This document shows positions 19,952 to 30,531 of a DNA stretch of 64,000 nt, one piece after another. The notes under the pieces were generated by a model, which did not search any database, was not told the DNA's origin, and worked only from the letters and a program-made list of their open reading frames with translations. This DNA is from Oceanispirochaeta sp. (GTDB lineage: Bacteria > Spirochaetota > Spirochaetia > DSM-2461), in assembly GCA_963666275.2 (NCBI GenBank), contig CAXXOA010000001.1, positions 832,001-896,000 of the forward strand, in the 5' to 3' direction. Positions within the stretch are counted from its first letter, which is position 1. Every line of letters begins with the position of its first letter. A program made the translations under genes and the position numbers.

Positions 19952-21553
19952 TTACAGCTGCCTCCTGCTGATTTTTCTCTCCTTCATGGTGTAGCACACG
20001 GGGATTTTGACAAGCTTTGTCACCTGATTCTCATTTTCATAGTACATTTCTGTGGTCTCCAGTCTGACCTGTCCCCCCCAGAGGAATTCCAGCCCCATCA
20101 TGGTGGGAGGTATATACTCCCTGATCAGAGGCTTCTCCTCATCCCTATGGATCAGAAAGAGGGTGTTTTCATCGCTTCTCCCGGGGTCAACCCGGATATC
20201 CGGCGGATGCCACAGCGAATCCAGCAGCATCTGCCTGTAGTCTTCGGCCTTCCGGCTGCGGATCACGTACTCCCATATCTGCCGGGGACTGTTGAGACGC
20301 TTCTCCACGGTAAAGAGCCTGTACCGGTTGACAAAATCCTGATCCACAAAGCGGTTGATCAGGGTAAAATCGCAGAAATCCTCCCGGAGCTTCAGCAGGT
20401 AGGGAGTGGGGTCGCCGCTCTTCTTCCGGTACCTCCGGCGTTCTTCAATATTCTGCAGTTTTTCATACTCCCAGGAGAGGCGGCCTGTACCTGCCAGGTC
20501 CTCAATGTACTCCAGGAGCCGGATTCCCACGGCGTAGGGGTTCAGTCCCACCTTGGGAAGAGAGGTCACTCTGGCGTGAACCCGGGCAAAATCCACCTCA
20601 TGCCCGCCAATGCGGGGATCCTTCAGAAACAGCCTTTCATGCCAGTAACTGGCCCAACCCTCATTGAATATATGATCCCGCCTCTGAGGGTCGAAATAGA
20701 GCCCCGTGTCCCTGACCACATGGATAACCGACCGCATCCAGCGGTTTTCCTCCTTCTCCAGAAAGGGGGAATGGTGGAGTATATATTCCAGGACATCCCG
20801 GTTCTGTTCATGCTTTTTCTGCAGGAATTTTTCGTAAAGCGAATCAAACTCGGGATACAGGGTCTTTACTTCGGAAAAGAATAGGGATTCTCCCATGGAG
20901 GCAGACTCTCTTTTAAGCTGATTGTACCGTTCCAGGTTCTTCAGATACTCTCCGTGGGAAACCTTTTTGATATTCTGCAGGAAGTGATCGAAATAGAAAT
21001 CCATCTGATGGGAGTAGAGGGGCATCCTGTTGCGGTGCAGCCCTGAAAGGACCTTGTAGAATCCCAGGATATTGTCCGCTCCCCGGGCGAACTCGATAAC
21101 ATAATCCACCCACCGTCCGTATTCGGAACGGAGACGGTTGATAAGCCGTTTGTCAGCCCGGGCTTTTCCCAGAAAGTCATCGGACCAGGTATCCCGGAAG
21201 AAGGTATTGTTCTGGAAAAAATCAATATGCCCCAGAACGTGATAGAAGATCATCACATTGAGCCAGTCCGGGTTGTTGTCATTGTAGAAGGAGACCGCCG
21301 GTCTTGTATTGATCACTGTTTCGTAGGGATTGGAAGGATAGAGCCTGTATTTTCCCTTCTCCTGAAGCACCTGCACATCCTGAACCCAGTAGTCGTAAAG
21401 GGTGGGAATCATCATTCTGGGAGAGAGTTCCAGCATATCCTGGTTGGTCACAATATATTCCAGGGTCTCCCTGTCGAAGGAGAGACCCTCATCGGCAGCT
21501 CTCTGTTTGCACTCTTCCATTATGGATTTCACGTGCTGACTGATCAGGGTCAT
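19952..21553 (-). CDS. SpoVR/YcgB family protein
   Basis: YETVIN..P, HVLGHIDFF.NN, NEGWASYWH, NPYAVG. Confidence 0.92.
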   Translation of the reverse strand: MTLISQHVKSIMEECKQRAADEGLSFDRETLEYIVTNQDMLELSPRMMIPTLYDYWVQDVQVLQEKGKYRLYPSNPYETVINTRPAVSFYNDNNPDWLNVMIFYHVLGHIDFFQNNTFFRDTWSDDFLGKARADKRLINRLRSEYGRWVDYVIEFARGADNILGFYKVLSGLHRNRMPLYSHQMDFYFDHFLQNIKKVSHGEYLKNLERYNQLKRESASMGESLFFSEVKTLYPEFDSLYEKFLQKKHEQNRDVLEYILHHSPFLEKEENRWMRSVIHVVRDTGLYFDPQRRDHIFNEGWASYWHERLFLKDPRIGGHEVDFARVHARVTSLPKVGLNPYAVGIRLLEYIEDLAGTGRLSWEYEKLQNIEERRRYRKKSGDPTPYLLKLREDFCDFTLINRFVDQDFVNRYRLFTVEKRLNSPRQIWEYVIRSRKAEDYRQMLLDSLWHPPDIRVDPGRSDENTLFLIHRDEEKPLIREYIPPTMMGLEFLWGGQVRLETTEMYYENENQVTKLVKIPVCYTMKERKISRRQL

Positions 21554-22752
21554 TCTTCTATAAGCTCCTTTATGCTTTCAATAATCCGGTTTTCATCGGC
21601 TGTCTCTTTCAGAGTCGAGAGGCGGAGATGTTTCTTCTCTTTTTCAAGCAGTCCCGATCCCTCTATGTATTTTTCCGCCGAAGACTGTCCGGGAGCCCTG
21701 TATCCCGGGCTGACAACGGTAATGCCGATCCTGTTGGCATAGGAGGTCATTGTCTCCAGTGCCTGAACCGCTTCTGCGCCGCTCTGATCCATATCATCCC
21801 CGTCGGTGCCGTGAAAAACATAGATGTTGTAATCTCTGTTCAGGGCTTCTTTTTCCACGATCTCATTGACCATATTGTAGGCTGCGGCGATAAAGGTTCC
21901 CCCTGCAATGCTGAGGTTGTAATAGCTGTAGAAATCGGGAACCTCTCTGGCTTTGTCATCATGCAGAATGAACCGGGTCTCCACCTGTTTTTCATACTGA
22001 TAGGAGAGCCAGCTGAATATCATAAGATGCTGGGATGTGATGATTTCCGTGGGTTTCCCGTACATGGACGCCGAATAGTCCCTGAGAAAGAATACCAGGG
22101 CCTGAGCTTCATAGTCCTTCTCCCTGGAGAGGATCCTGTAGACCTTATCTCTGGGATCCACAAGAAAGCGGGAAGAGTCTATGTTCTCCGGATCCGGAAC
22201 ACGGCCCAGGGCCTGATTGGTTCTGACTATCCTTTTGAGGGTGGCTTTTTTATCGAGGAACTGACCGAATCCCCGGTTTTTATCGGTCATCTCATAGCGG
22301 TAGCGGGTAAAGGTCTTCTTTTTCCCCCGGTCTTCCAGATGGGGGAGTCTGAACTTTTCGGTCAGAATCCTGCCCAGATCATAGGCGGAGGAGGCTGCTT
22401 CATGCTCCTCTCCCGAACCCGCACCGGGGCTGCCCGGTTCATCCCCTTCCTGATGGACCGGAACCTCGCCCAGGACATCTCCCTCTTTTCCTTCACCGGT
22501 TCCTCCGGTCTGTTCGTTCGGCTCGCTGCCGTCTTTGAAGCGGATCCTGTCATGGTAGAATTTCTCTTCCGTCACAGTAGGGACGACAACGATTTTGTCT
22601 TTTCCCCCTCTGCCGGGCCTGAAAATCCTTCCGAACTTTATCTTTCCGGGAAAACCGTCCTTCTCCCTCTGCTTATCCCGCTCAAGAAGGTCATCAATGG
22701 ATTTCAGTTCCCTGTGATAGTAACTTTTCGGTTCGGGATCTTCCATACACAC
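21550..22752 (-). CDS. YeaH/YhbH (DUF444) vWA-like protein
   Basis: Gly-rich linker, RDYSASM, GGTFIAAAY, YNIYVFHGTDGD. Confidence 0.9.
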   Translation of the reverse strand: MCMEDPEPKSYYHRELKSIDDLLERDKQREKDGFPGKIKFGRIFRPGRGGKDKIVVVPTVTEEKFYHDRIRFKDGSEPNEQTGGTGEGKEGDVLGEVPVHQEGDEPGSPGAGSGEEHEAASSAYDLGRILTEKFRLPHLEDRGKKKTFTRYRYEMTDKNRGFGQFLDKKATLKRIVRTNQALGRVPDPENIDSSRFLVDPRDKVYRILSREKDYEAQALVFFLRDYSASMYGKPTEIITSQHLMIFSWLSYQYEKQVETRFILHDDKAREVPDFYSYYNLSIAGGTFIAAAYNMVNEIVEKEALNRDYNIYVFHGTDGDDMDQSGAEAVQALETMTSYANRIGITVVSPGYRAPGQSSAEKYIEGSGLLEKEKKHLRLSTLKETADENRIIESIKELIEE

Positions 22753-22761
22753 CTTCTATTC

Positions 22762-24834
22762 TCAGGATTCATCCTCCAGAGTGGTATAGTATTCCAGAGT
22801 CTTCTCGGCACAGGTCCGGCAGTAGCGGAGTTTTCCGATCATGGTTTCCATAAGGCGGTTGTAAAGCTTCTGGTTCTCTTCGTCCGTGCGGTTGGCCAGG
22901 GCTCCCACCAGGCTGCCGGCGCTTCCGATATCAGAGTTCAGCCTGACTTCGGTCACCGCTTTCACCAGTTCCAGGTTGTCCATAAAGTTGTAGTTCTTTT
23001 CGGTGGCGATTTTCTGACCATAGAGTTTGCGGATAGTGGTCCGGAAGGACTCTCTCTGCTCTTTTGTTTTCAGTCCCATCCTCTCTTCCACGCTCTCTAT
23101 ATAGCGCTCGTCAATTTTGATGGCTGTCAGTTCTCCTGTCTGGGGATCCGGATACTTCCACATCCTGTCGGCTCCCAGCGAGTCCGCATCAATACCCACG
23201 ATCATATTCACATAGTTCATAACGCTCTTTTCAATGGCTTTGGGTTCGTCCATATAGGCGTCAAAGATCTCCACTTTGATTTTCTCTTTGTACAATGTCT
23301 GGGCAATTTTCAGATCCTCCAGATACTTCCCCCGGTCCGCAGGGTCCTGAATGTAGTCCAGGACTATCGTTTTCAGAGCTTTGAATATATCCCTGGCAAA
23401 CATGCACTCCCCTTCGTTGGTTTCGGAGCTCTCCAGAACCAGCTGCATGGCCCTTCCCAGGTTCCGCTGGCCCAGACCTTTCTGTCCGAACCTGCGGGTT
23501 ATATCTGTTTCCGCCTGAAGGTCGTCAATAATTTCGCGCAGGGTTTTGATGCTTTTTTCTCCGGCTACCTCGCCGGCCGCCAGTTTCATCATCTCTATGG
23601 GGGTCATCTTGTCCGAACGGGGCAGGCGGCTTAATGTCACAGCCACCGAAGCGGCATAGTTGAAGTTGGGATCTATATGAAGAGGGGATTTGCTGAAAGT
23701 GGATTTTTTCCATCCCCCCAGAGCGTACTCAGTCAGTTCTGACTGGAGCCGGTAGTCGGTGTTATGGGACACATAGCAGAGCCGGCAGCGGTCCACAATG
23801 GGCGCTTCCTCCCTTTCGGACAGGAATTTGTTAAACTCCGCATTATTGCTAGTGGCTATGATCAGCGTATCGATGGGCCATTTGAACCCGTCCAGTTCTA
23901 TGGTCCTGTTCTGGATGACCCCCAGGTAGATCTGGACCAGGTCCCGCTTGTTTTTAAAGATTTCATCGCTGAAGTGGATCCCCCCGCCGGCGACCCGGGC
24001 CAGAGCGCCCCGTCTCAGGTCGAAGCGGTAGGGATTGTTGGTGTCTGAAATATGAAGGAGTCTCTGAATGGATTCCTCTCCCAGCAGATCTACCGAGGAG
24101 GATGTGATTTTATCCTTGGCCGGGTATTTCCCCGTTATGGTCCCCAGGGTTTCACTTAGGGGGACAGGCGAAATCGTAATAAACTCTTTCATCTTTTCCA
24201 CATCTCCCCCTGTAAAACGCCGGATATCCTCCAGAATATAGGAGGAGCAGGCTCCCAGGGGGGTATAGTACTGCCAGATTTCCTCCAGGGCTTTTTTATC
24301 AAATCCCAGAGATCTCAGATACTTTCTGTTCTCTTCAGGTGTTTCATAGAGATTCATGACCAGACGCATGGGATCTTCATAGGTCTGTGACTCAACCCTG
24401 TCGATCATTCCGTATGTTCCCAGCTGATTCAGATTGCGGAAGCAGAATGTGTACCGGCGGCTTTCCGGGCGGGAAAGATAGTTCCGGTAGAGGGAGCAGA
24501 GGTATTCCACAAAGAAGGTTTTTCCGTTTCCCGGTTCTCCCACCAGAACAAAGGCCATCTCGTTGGATGAGCCGTTTTCCGCGGCATCTTTTACATAGGA
24601 GACAAAACTGTTGATCTCATCATACATGCCAATGATGTGTTTGGGGCCCTGACGGAATACTTTGAAGTCATAGGTTGTCCGTCCGTTGACTTTCACCTTC
24701 TCTATCATTTCCGGATCATCCAGAATGAGATGACAGAGAGACTGGTAGATATTTTCGAATTTTCTTTTGCCTTCGGCGGCCTGTCTGACGTGATAGTCCA
24801 GGCTTAAACCGGCTGACTGGTCTTTGTTTGTCAA
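22762..24834 (-). CDS. prkA: PrkA/YeaG-family AAA+ serine kinase paralogue 1
   Basis: GEPGNGKT, GIHFSDEIFK, IIATSN..EF, DR; likely TTG start at 24834 after GGAGG. Confidence 0.88.
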   Translation of the reverse strand: MTNKDQSAGLSLDYHVRQAAEGKRKFENIYQSLCHLILDDPEMIEKVKVNGRTTYDFKVFRQGPKHIIGMYDEINSFVSYVKDAAENGSSNEMAFVLVGEPGNGKTFFVEYLCSLYRNYLSRPESRRYTFCFRNLNQLGTYGMIDRVESQTYEDPMRLVMNLYETPEENRKYLRSLGFDKKALEEIWQYYTPLGACSSYILEDIRRFTGGDVEKMKEFITISPVPLSETLGTITGKYPAKDKITSSSVDLLGEESIQRLLHISDTNNPYRFDLRRGALARVAGGGIHFSDEIFKNKRDLVQIYLGVIQNRTIELDGFKWPIDTLIIATSNNAEFNKFLSEREEAPIVDRCRLCYVSHNTDYRLQSELTEYALGGWKKSTFSKSPLHIDPNFNYAASVAVTLSRLPRSDKMTPIEMMKLAAGEVAGEKSIKTLREIIDDLQAETDITRRFGQKGLGQRNLGRAMQLVLESSETNEGECMFARDIFKALKTIVLDYIQDPADRGKYLEDLKIAQTLYKEKIKVEIFDAYMDEPKAIEKSVMNYVNMIVGIDADSLGADRMWKYPDPQTGELTAIKIDERYIESVEERMGLKTKEQRESFRTTIRKLYGQKIATEKNYNFMDNLELVKAVTEVRLNSDIGSAGSLVGALANRTDEENQKLYNRLMETMIGKLRYCRTCAEKTLEYYTTLEDES

Positions 24835-24942
24835 TGCTTTCCTCCCCTGGGGCAGGTGCATCTGCAGGTACATATCCCTACAATGAATTTTAACCCACAG
24901 GAGGAGGAAAGTAAAATCCTGTTTTTGCGGAAAAGAAGAAGA

Positions 24943-25191
24943 TTATTTCTTCAGGATCTCTTTTTTTTCCAGATACTCTTCCCGACTGATCTCTCCGTTG
25001 ACAAAGCGCTTCTGCAGAATTTCCAGGGGGGAGTCTGATTTCTCCTGGCCCGGAAAGGAGCCGCTTTTTTTGACAAGCAGATAGATCAAAGCCGCAGCAA
25101 TTAAGATTCCCAGTCCCATAGTAATATAACCTCCAAAGGGAACGCCTCTGAAAAGAGAGAACCCGTAACCGTAATGATGGGGATAGTACAT
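24943..25191 (-). CDS. SHOCT-domain small membrane protein
   Basis: One TM helix plus PLEILQKRFVNGEISREEY. Confidence 0.88.
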   Translation of the reverse strand: MYYPHHYGYGFSLFRGVPFGGYITMGLGILIAAALIYLLVKKSGSFPGQEKSDSPLEILQKRFVNGEISREEYLEKKEILKK

Positions 25192-25225
25192 TCTGTAACT
25201 CCTCAGTTTGTTTTTTACACTTTAA

Positions 25226-25257
25226 ATATTACAGGCAAGGTATGAATAGAATGTGAA
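25226..25257 (-). promoter_or_regulatory. OmpR-type direct repeat plus -10 box
   Basis: Minus strand reads TTCACA-TTCTA-TTCATA-N9-TAATAT. Confidence 0.55.
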
Positions 25258-25272
25258 GCCTTTCTGAAATAA

Positions 25273-25839
25273 CTATTTCCGGGCTGTAATCAGGTAGTGT
25301 TTCTCCAGAGTTGTATCAATGGCAATTCCGGAAAAACCAGCCTTTTCCAGCTGCCCGGCAATGGTCTGTTCGCTTATGCGGTGTTCTGCCGGGGGACCTT
25401 CAGGCATCTCCTGTTTTTTCCAGTCGATAATCAGTATTTTTCCCTCCGGTTTCAAAAGGCGAAAAGATTCCTTCAGAGTTGCATCGGGATTATCCAGTTC
25501 ATGGTGCAGGTTAATCATAAAGACAAGATCGGCAGTACTGTCGTCCAGAGGCAGTATTTCACTCTCCAGAAGGACTGTTTCTATGGAAGGATTCTCGGGA
25601 ATGATATTGGCATTCATCCACTCGATCATCTGGGGCGCTGTATCGCAGGCATAGGCTTTTCCCCTGTCCATCATTTCCAGAAAGGGGACTGTGAAAAATC
25701 CTGTACCCGCTCCTATATCCACTATAGTCCGGGGAGATTCCAGGTTCAGTACCTCCCAGACGTAACGGGGAGGGATGTCTTTCATCCGGGAGGGATTGTT
25801 CAGTTTCGAAAGTTTTGCGGGATTGAATTTATATGACAT
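25273..25839 (-). CDS. Class I SAM-dependent methyltransferase
   Basis: VDIGAGTG, LHHELD, RLLKPEGKILIIDW. Confidence 0.9.
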   Translation of the reverse strand: MSYKFNPAKLSKLNNPSRMKDIPPRYVWEVLNLESPRTIVDIGAGTGFFTVPFLEMMDRGKAYACDTAPQMIEWMNANIIPENPSIETVLLESEILPLDDSTADLVFMINLHHELDNPDATLKESFRLLKPEGKILIIDWKKQEMPEGPPAEHRISEQTIAGQLEKAGFSGIAIDTTLEKHYLITARK

Positions 25840-25990
25840 GAATAAAACATAGTAAAAAAACTATGTATCGTCAATTTTTCCTCTGTACGGGAAGAAAAAA
25901 CTTGAATCCCTATCATTTTAATATTATATATAAGAAAACGAATATAAGGAAAAGTTCAGTATTCCCTGTTCTTTTCACAGGAGATGAAAA

Positions 25991-26197
25991 ATGACAAATA
26001 TGGGAAAAACAGACAGAGCAATACGAGCCATCCTGGGAGTCCTTCTTATCGCAGCGGGTACAGTCCTTCAGATTCTTACCGGAGGACTGTGGTGGCTGGC
26101 CATTCCCGGGGCTGTCCTGCTTCTGGTTTCAATCGCAGCGTTCTGCCCTCTCTATGTGCCTCTTCACCTTTCCACGACAGGGAAAAAGGGAGAATGA
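25991..26197 (+). CDS. DUF2892 (YgaP-like) membrane protein
   Basis: NMGKTDRAIR...FCPLY. Confidence 0.85.
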   Translation: MTNMGKTDRAIRAILGVLLIAAGTVLQILTGGLWWLAIPGAVLLLVSIAAFCPLYVPLHLSTTGKKGE

Positions 26198-26210
26198 CTT
26201 CGGTATGACC

Positions 26211-26240
26211 GCCGCCGGATACTATTTTCCGGCGGCTTTT
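26211..26240 (+). terminator. Intrinsic terminator
   Basis: GCCGCCGGA-N8-TCCGGCGGC followed by TTTT. Confidence 0.65.
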
Positions 26241-26301
26241 CTCTACACCTAAACAGGATTCTGTGGTAATCTCCGAGAGAGAAAACTGAAAGGAATGCCC
26301 T

Positions 26302-27030
26302 TTGAAATGCTTTTTCCGTTTTTTATCATCTCTGAGATTTACCATCCTGCTTCTGATCCTGCTGATCCTGGAAATTATACCGGCCACTCTGATCGTCCAG
26401 TTTCAGAGCCCCGAGTACTATCTCGTGCAATATCCTGTACTGGGACCCTTTATTCTTCTGACCGGCTATCACCATTTTTTCAGCTCACTGCTCTTCCTTG
26501 TACCGGCAGGGCTTTTCTGGATCAATATGGCATCCTGTACTGTCAGACGATTCCGGATACAGCTGAGAAAAAAAAGTCAGCGCCGTTTCGGTCCGGATAT
26601 CCTTCATCTGGGACTTCTTATCCTTATGATTGCCGGTATTCTCAGTTATATGACCAGTCAGAAGGGAATGGTTTTTCTGGGTCCCGGTCAGACTGCGGCC
26701 CTGCCCCGGGGAGAGTACCTGACTCTTCTGGATTTTGAGTTTGATACCTATCCCGACGGCCGTCCCAGCCGCTGGGCTTCCCGGGTCGTTATCTCTGACC
26801 AGCCCGGAGGAGAAGGGGAGGCCTTCACTCTTTCGGTCAACAATCCCCTCCGGAAAAAGGGGTATATCATTTACCAGGCATCCTATCAGGCCCTGGAGGG
26901 GGGTGAAGGGTATGAGTCGGGGCTGATGATGACATCAGATCCGGCCCGGGAAATGATAATCCTTTCCCTCATCCTCATTTCCATCGGCACAATGATGACG
27001 TTCTATCAGAAAAGGAGTGAGCTTTCATGA
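26302..27030 (+). CDS. Cytochrome c biogenesis ResB/Ccs1-like protein, compact form
   Basis: LSSLRFTI, N..SCT..R, ILHLG, SVNNPL...GY.IYQASY, SDP. Confidence 0.8.
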   Translation: MKCFFRFLSSLRFTILLLILLILEIIPATLIVQFQSPEYYLVQYPVLGPFILLTGYHHFFSSLLFLVPAGLFWINMASCTVRRFRIQLRKKSQRRFGPDILHLGLLILMIAGILSYMTSQKGMVFLGPGQTAALPRGEYLTLLDFEFDTYPDGRPSRWASRVVISDQPGGEGEAFTLSVNNPLRKKGYIIYQASYQALEGGEGYESGLMMTSDPAREMIILSLILISIGTMMTFYQKRSELS

Positions 27031-27815
27031 TTTTTACTATCGGCATCTATCTTTCCGTATTCCTTTCAGCCCTCTATCAGGGGATTTCCCTGTTCAGAAA
27101 GAAGCCATTTCCCGTCAGGATTACTGGAGTGATCAATCTGATCATAGCCGCTCTGCTTCTGATTCTGCTGATTATCCGGTCTCTTCAGATCCGTTTCATA
27201 GCATTGACAAGTACCTATGAATCCCTTCTGTTCTACGCTCTGGGGATTCTGGTGCTTACGGGCTGGTACGGATGGCAGAAAAAGTTCAGGCCCTATGGGA
27301 TCATTCCTTTTTTTGCCACTCTGACAGTATTGGGGCTGCTTCTGGTTGCATCATCTCCTCTTGTGTCTCCCGAGCTGAAGCCCCCTGTTCCGGCCCTGCA
27401 GTCGGGATGGCTGATACTCCATGTGGTGCTTTCGTTTGTGGGTGAATCTTTTTTCGTATTCTCTTTCATAACAGCTCTGTTATACCTGATCAGCAGGGAT
27501 CAGGAAAAAAAGATCAACTATGACAGGCTTACCTATGCGGCTGTCTCGGTTGGTTTCCCTGTGTTTACCCTGGGGGCTCTGGTATTCGGAGCCGTATGGG
27601 CCGAAGCGGCCTGGGGCGCTTTCTGGTCCTGGGATCCCAAAGAGACCTGGGCCCTTATAACCTGGCTGGTCTATGCTCTGTATCTGCATTTCAGGATATA
27701 CAGAAAACAGAGAAAAACTGCCAGTGCCTGGTTTGCCCTTATAGGATTCCTGTCAACACTGTTTACCTTTTTCGGCGTGAATTATTTACTGGGAGGTCTT
27801 CACAGCTACGGTTGA
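27027..27815 (+). CDS. ccsA: Cytochrome c biogenesis protein CcsA/ResC (System II)
   Basis: PALQSGWLILHV, WWD motif WGAFWSWDPKETW, GLHSY. Confidence 0.93.
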   Translation: MIFTIGIYLSVFLSALYQGISLFRKKPFPVRITGVINLIIAALLLILLIIRSLQIRFIALTSTYESLLFYALGILVLTGWYGWQKKFRPYGIIPFFATLTVLGLLLVASSPLVSPELKPPVPALQSGWLILHVVLSFVGESFFVFSFITALLYLISRDQEKKINYDRLTYAAVSVGFPVFTLGALVFGAVWAEAAWGAFWSWDPKETWALITWLVYALYLHFRIYRKQRKTASAWFALIGFLSTLFTFFGVNYLLGGLHSYG

Positions 27816-27875
27816 TATCCCTTCGCTGTAAAAAGGGGGGAAGGAAATGATGCCCTCAAAACGGACATCATCCTT

Positions 27876-28370
27876 CTATTCGGCCTGGGGTACGGACTGT
27901 ACCTCTGCCAGGTCATGGATCTCTCCGGAGGTCATAACCCTGTTAAGATCAAGGATAATGATAAAGTCCTCATCTTTGCGTCCCATCCCTTTGATAAAGG
28001 AGGAATCGATCTCCGTTCCGATCTGAGGGGCCGGTTCAATGGTGTCCGCATCAATATCGATAACTTCGCTTACCGCATCAGTCATAAGGCCCATTGTCAC
28101 TGTATTTTCTTCCATAGTCAGTTCGGTTACAATGATGCTTGTATCAACAGATTTTTCTGTTTCCCCGATACCGAATTTCATTTTCAGATCAATAACCGGT
28201 ACAACGCTCCCTCTGAGATTGATAATTCCTCTCATAAATCCGGGCATTCTGGGAATTTTAGAGACACTCTGAAATTCAAGAACTTCCCGGATCTGATGCA
28301 CACTCAGTGCATAGTGCTCATCGCTAACCCTGAATGTCAGGTATTGATTTGTTCCCACTTCTTCCATCAC
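27876..28370 (-). CDS. cheW: Chemotaxis coupling protein CheW
   Basis: YLTF, GIINLRGSVVPVIDL, DAVSEV. Confidence 0.95.
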   Translation of the reverse strand: MMEEVGTNQYLTFRVSDEHYALSVHQIREVLEFQSVSKIPRMPGFMRGIINLRGSVVPVIDLKMKFGIGETEKSVDTSIIVTELTMEENTVTMGLMTDAVSEVIDIDADTIEPAPQIGTEIDSSFIKGMGRKDEDFIIILDLNRVMTSGEIHDLAEVQSVPQAE

Positions 28371-28536
28371 ACAAACTCCCTGTCGCTGTTCAAATCAAAT
28401 GAACAGAATCTTCTCATCATATTACCTTAAATTATATCTCTTTCACCAATAATTGAAAGGATGTAACAGTTACAAAGTCTTTTTTCTTTTTTTTACCTTG
28501 CCTTTCCCTTAAAATTTACTGAATCAGGAGGAATCT

Positions 28537-30531
28537 ATGGTACAACAGATCAAAGTAAGGACCAAACTTTTAGTAAGTTTTTCTCTGCTTGTTGTTTTCA
28601 CAATCGTCGTGGGATATATGGGAATCCGCGGTATTAATCAGATCAACTATCAGAATGAGATCAGTGAACTTGCCAACAGGATTCTGGTGGATTCTCAGGA
28701 TGTTCAGACAGGATCTCTCAGATATATCATCTATCAGGATGATCAATATATGGATATGGCCGAAGAGGAAACCGGCAATGTCCTTTCCAACGCCCAGGCG
28801 GCGGAAGATCTGATGCTGTCCGAGGAGAATAAAGTACACACCAGGGAACTCATGAGCGATATGACTGAGTATCATGGTCAGATCGAAGAGTATGCGACCA
28901 TACAGAATCAGATCAATCTGGCGGGAGAACGGCGGGCTGAAGCGGCGCAGCAGGTTCTGGACAATGTGGTGGCTATGGTGGAAGCCGCCAGAGCCGGTAT
29001 AGAACAGGCCACCGTTAACGGCAGAGTCGAAAAGGTCAGGGTGGACCGTCTTGAAGCGCTCCAGGCGGTAAGGGATGGCACAAACCGGTTCAGAATCACT
29101 GCTCAGAAGTATCAGCTCGCACTGACAGAAGAAGAGCGAACCAGCATGGGAGAACTCTGGGAAAGCCAGATCAATGAGGTTGAAGTCCTCATTGCCAGAG
29201 CCAGGGTCCTCTCGGACAGTGAACAGATGCTTGATTATCTGGATGACAGCCTGGAGAGTCTGAAACTCTATAGGGACAATGTGGACACATTCCAGTATCT
29301 GGAACAGCAGCAGCTGGATATCCAGGAAAGACAGAGAGAGGCATCTCAGCGGGTGGGAGACAGTGCCCGGGAAATCAGGGACGGTGTCAGAGAGGTCATC
29401 GACCGGGTTACCCGGAACAATACCCTGCTTGCCCTTGTATTTGCTCTGGTTTCGGCGGTTCTGGGAATCCTGATCGCTATTATTCTGACCAAATCCATTA
29501 CATCCCAGCTGGGGGGGGAACCCTATGAAATCGTAGAGGTGACGGGTAAAATAGCTCAGGGCGATCTAAACATTCAGTTCCCTGAACGGAAACTCACCGG
29601 TGTGTACGCTTCCATGCAGGATATGACGAACCAGCTGACCACCATTGTCAATGATATAGTGGGAGCTTCAGAACAGATTACCAGCGGAAGCGAGCAGATT
29701 TCTTCCACAGCGCAGCAGATCTCTTCCGGTACCAGTGAGCAGGCTTCCAATATGGAGGAGGTCTCCGCTTCTATCGAGGAGCTGAATGCCAATATACAAC
29801 AGAATACCGACAACTCCCAGCAGTCGAATAGTATGGCCAAAAAGGTGGCTGATGATTCACAGGAGGGGAGCGAGGCCGTAGCGGAAACCGTTACTGCCAT
29901 GAAAGAGATTGCCGAGAAAATTTCGGTTATTCAGGATATTGCCAGGAGCACTAACATGCTGGCCCTGAATGCGGCGATAGAAGCGGCAAGAGCCGGAGAA
30001 GCGGGAAGAGGATTTGCCGTTGTGGCATCGGAAGTCCGGAAACTGGCCGAATCCAGCGGCAATGCGGCAAAAGAGATTACCGAGATTACCCAGAACAGTG
30101 TGCATCGCGCCATTGCTGCTCAGGAGATGATCGAGCAGGTTGTTCCCGCCATGAGGAAAACAGCCGATCTTGTAGAAGAGATTACCATGGCCAGTCAGGA
30201 GCAGAACAAAGGATCCGAGCAGATCAATGCCGCTGTTGTTCAGCTCGATACGGTCATTCAGCAGAATGCTTCTGCTTCGGAGGAACTGGCTTCCATGTCG
30301 GAGGAGCTGCTCTCCCAGGCTACGGCTATGAAAGACACGATCGGATTCTTCAAAGCAGGAAAAAAGACCAATCAGAGAGCTGTCAAAAACCTTGAGTACA
30401 AAACGGATGAGCATAATGAAAAAGGTTTTCATCAATCTTCCCTGAAACAGGATACCCGGCTGGCGGAGTTTGAAACAAAGGGCGACTATGCTCCCTCTGG
30501 GGGTTATGAACAGGATTTTGAGGAGTTTTAG
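28537..30531 (+). CDS. Methyl-accepting chemotaxis protein
   Basis: Two TM helices around a helical periplasmic domain; [35 protein letters not shown]-terminal DFEEF pentapeptide. Confidence 0.95.
   Translation: MVQQIKVRTKLLVSFSLLVVFTIVVGYMGIRGINQINYQNEISELANRILVDSQDVQTGSLRYIIYQDDQYMDMAEEETGNVLSNAQAAEDLMLSEENKVHTRELMSDMTEYHGQIEEYATIQNQINLAGERRAEAAQQVLDNVVAMVEAARAGIEQATVNGRVEKVRVDRLEALQAVRDGTNRFRITAQKYQLALTEEERTSMGELWESQINEVEVLIARARVLSDSEQMLDYLDDSLESLKLYRDNVDTFQYLEQQQLDIQERQREASQRVGDSAREIRDGVREVIDRVTRNNTLLALVFALVSAVLGILIAIILTKSITSQLGGEPYEIVEVTGKIAQGDLNIQFPERKLTGVYASMQDMTNQLTTIVNDIVGASEQITSGSEQISSTAQQISSGTSEQASNMEEVSASIEELNANIQQNTDNSQQSNSMAKKVADDSQEGSEAVAETVTAMKEIAEKISVIQDIARSTNMLALNAAIEAARAGEAGRGFAVVASEVRKLAESSGNAAKEITEITQNSVHRAIAAQEMIEQVVPAMRKTADLVEEITMASQEQNKGSEQINAAVVQLDTVIQQNASASEELASMSEELLSQATAMKDTIGFFKAGKKTNQRAVKNLEYKTDEHNEKGFHQSSLKQDTRLAEFETKGDYAPSGGYEQDFEEF

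Noticed and set aside
17734..23634. Long plus-strand ORFs (299, 349, 336 and 668 aa) opposite the prkA operon
   Set aside because: No recognisable motifs; typical stop-poor antisense frames of well-supported genes.
28462..28474. TGTAAC-A-GTTACA palindrome between cheW and the MCP gene
   Set aside because: Single occurrence with no cognate regulator nearby; cannot be assigned.
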